20,000 nucleotides of DNA from positions 55,113-75,112 of the forward strand of contig JABANN010000096.1 in NCBI GenBank assembly GCA_013115125.1, given 5' to 3'. The translations under genes and the position numbers were made by a program. The notes under the pieces are model-generated. The model was not told the DNA's origin. It searched no databases and saw nothing but the letters and a program-made list of their open reading frames with translations. How positions within the stretch are numbered: position 1 is the stretch's first letter; every line of letters begins with the position of its first letter. This DNA is from Perkinsus olseni (taxonomy: Eukaryota). This document shows positions 19,933-20,000 of this stretch, one piece after another.

Positions 19933-20000
<68 letters not shown>
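19933..20000 (+). other. Poly-G homopolymer (at least 68 nt), likely sequencing or assembly artefact
   Basis: Uninterrupted G run to the window end. Confidence 0.8.

Noticed and set aside
19933-20000. Poly-G as a biological G-quadruplex or telomere-like element
   Set aside because: A pure G run reaching the window edge is typical of two-colour Illumina dark cycles or assembly filler, and cannot be validated without reads.

Overview
Eukaryotic, intron-rich protist DNA of about 50% GC with many GT-AG introns of about 45-60 nt. Gene architecture and protein families suggest Perkinsus (Alveolata); this is an inference. The best-supported genes are a roughly 15-exon secreted serine carboxypeptidase-like (S10) gene on the minus strand (10673-15092), an AAAP/SLC38-type amino-acid transporter (minus, 15598 to about 17726) and an intronless small secreted protein (minus, 18631-19092). 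Several spliced hypothetical genes are also present. A 1.4-kb intron of the S10 gene holds a tRNA-His(GUG), a convergent tRNA-Leu(CAG) pseudogene with a T-arm deletion, and a decayed duplicate of the tRNA-His locus. The most unusual signal is window-wide: short near-perfect inverted repeats, mostly with 1-nt spacers, often chained so that one arm is reused by the next. One such hairpin is present in only one copy of a local duplication, which points to template-switch (snap-back) synthesis. The S10 protein keeps its catalytic triad but has lost the residues that bind the substrate C-terminal carboxylate. The window ends in a poly-G run that is probably an artefact. All gene models were spliced by eye.
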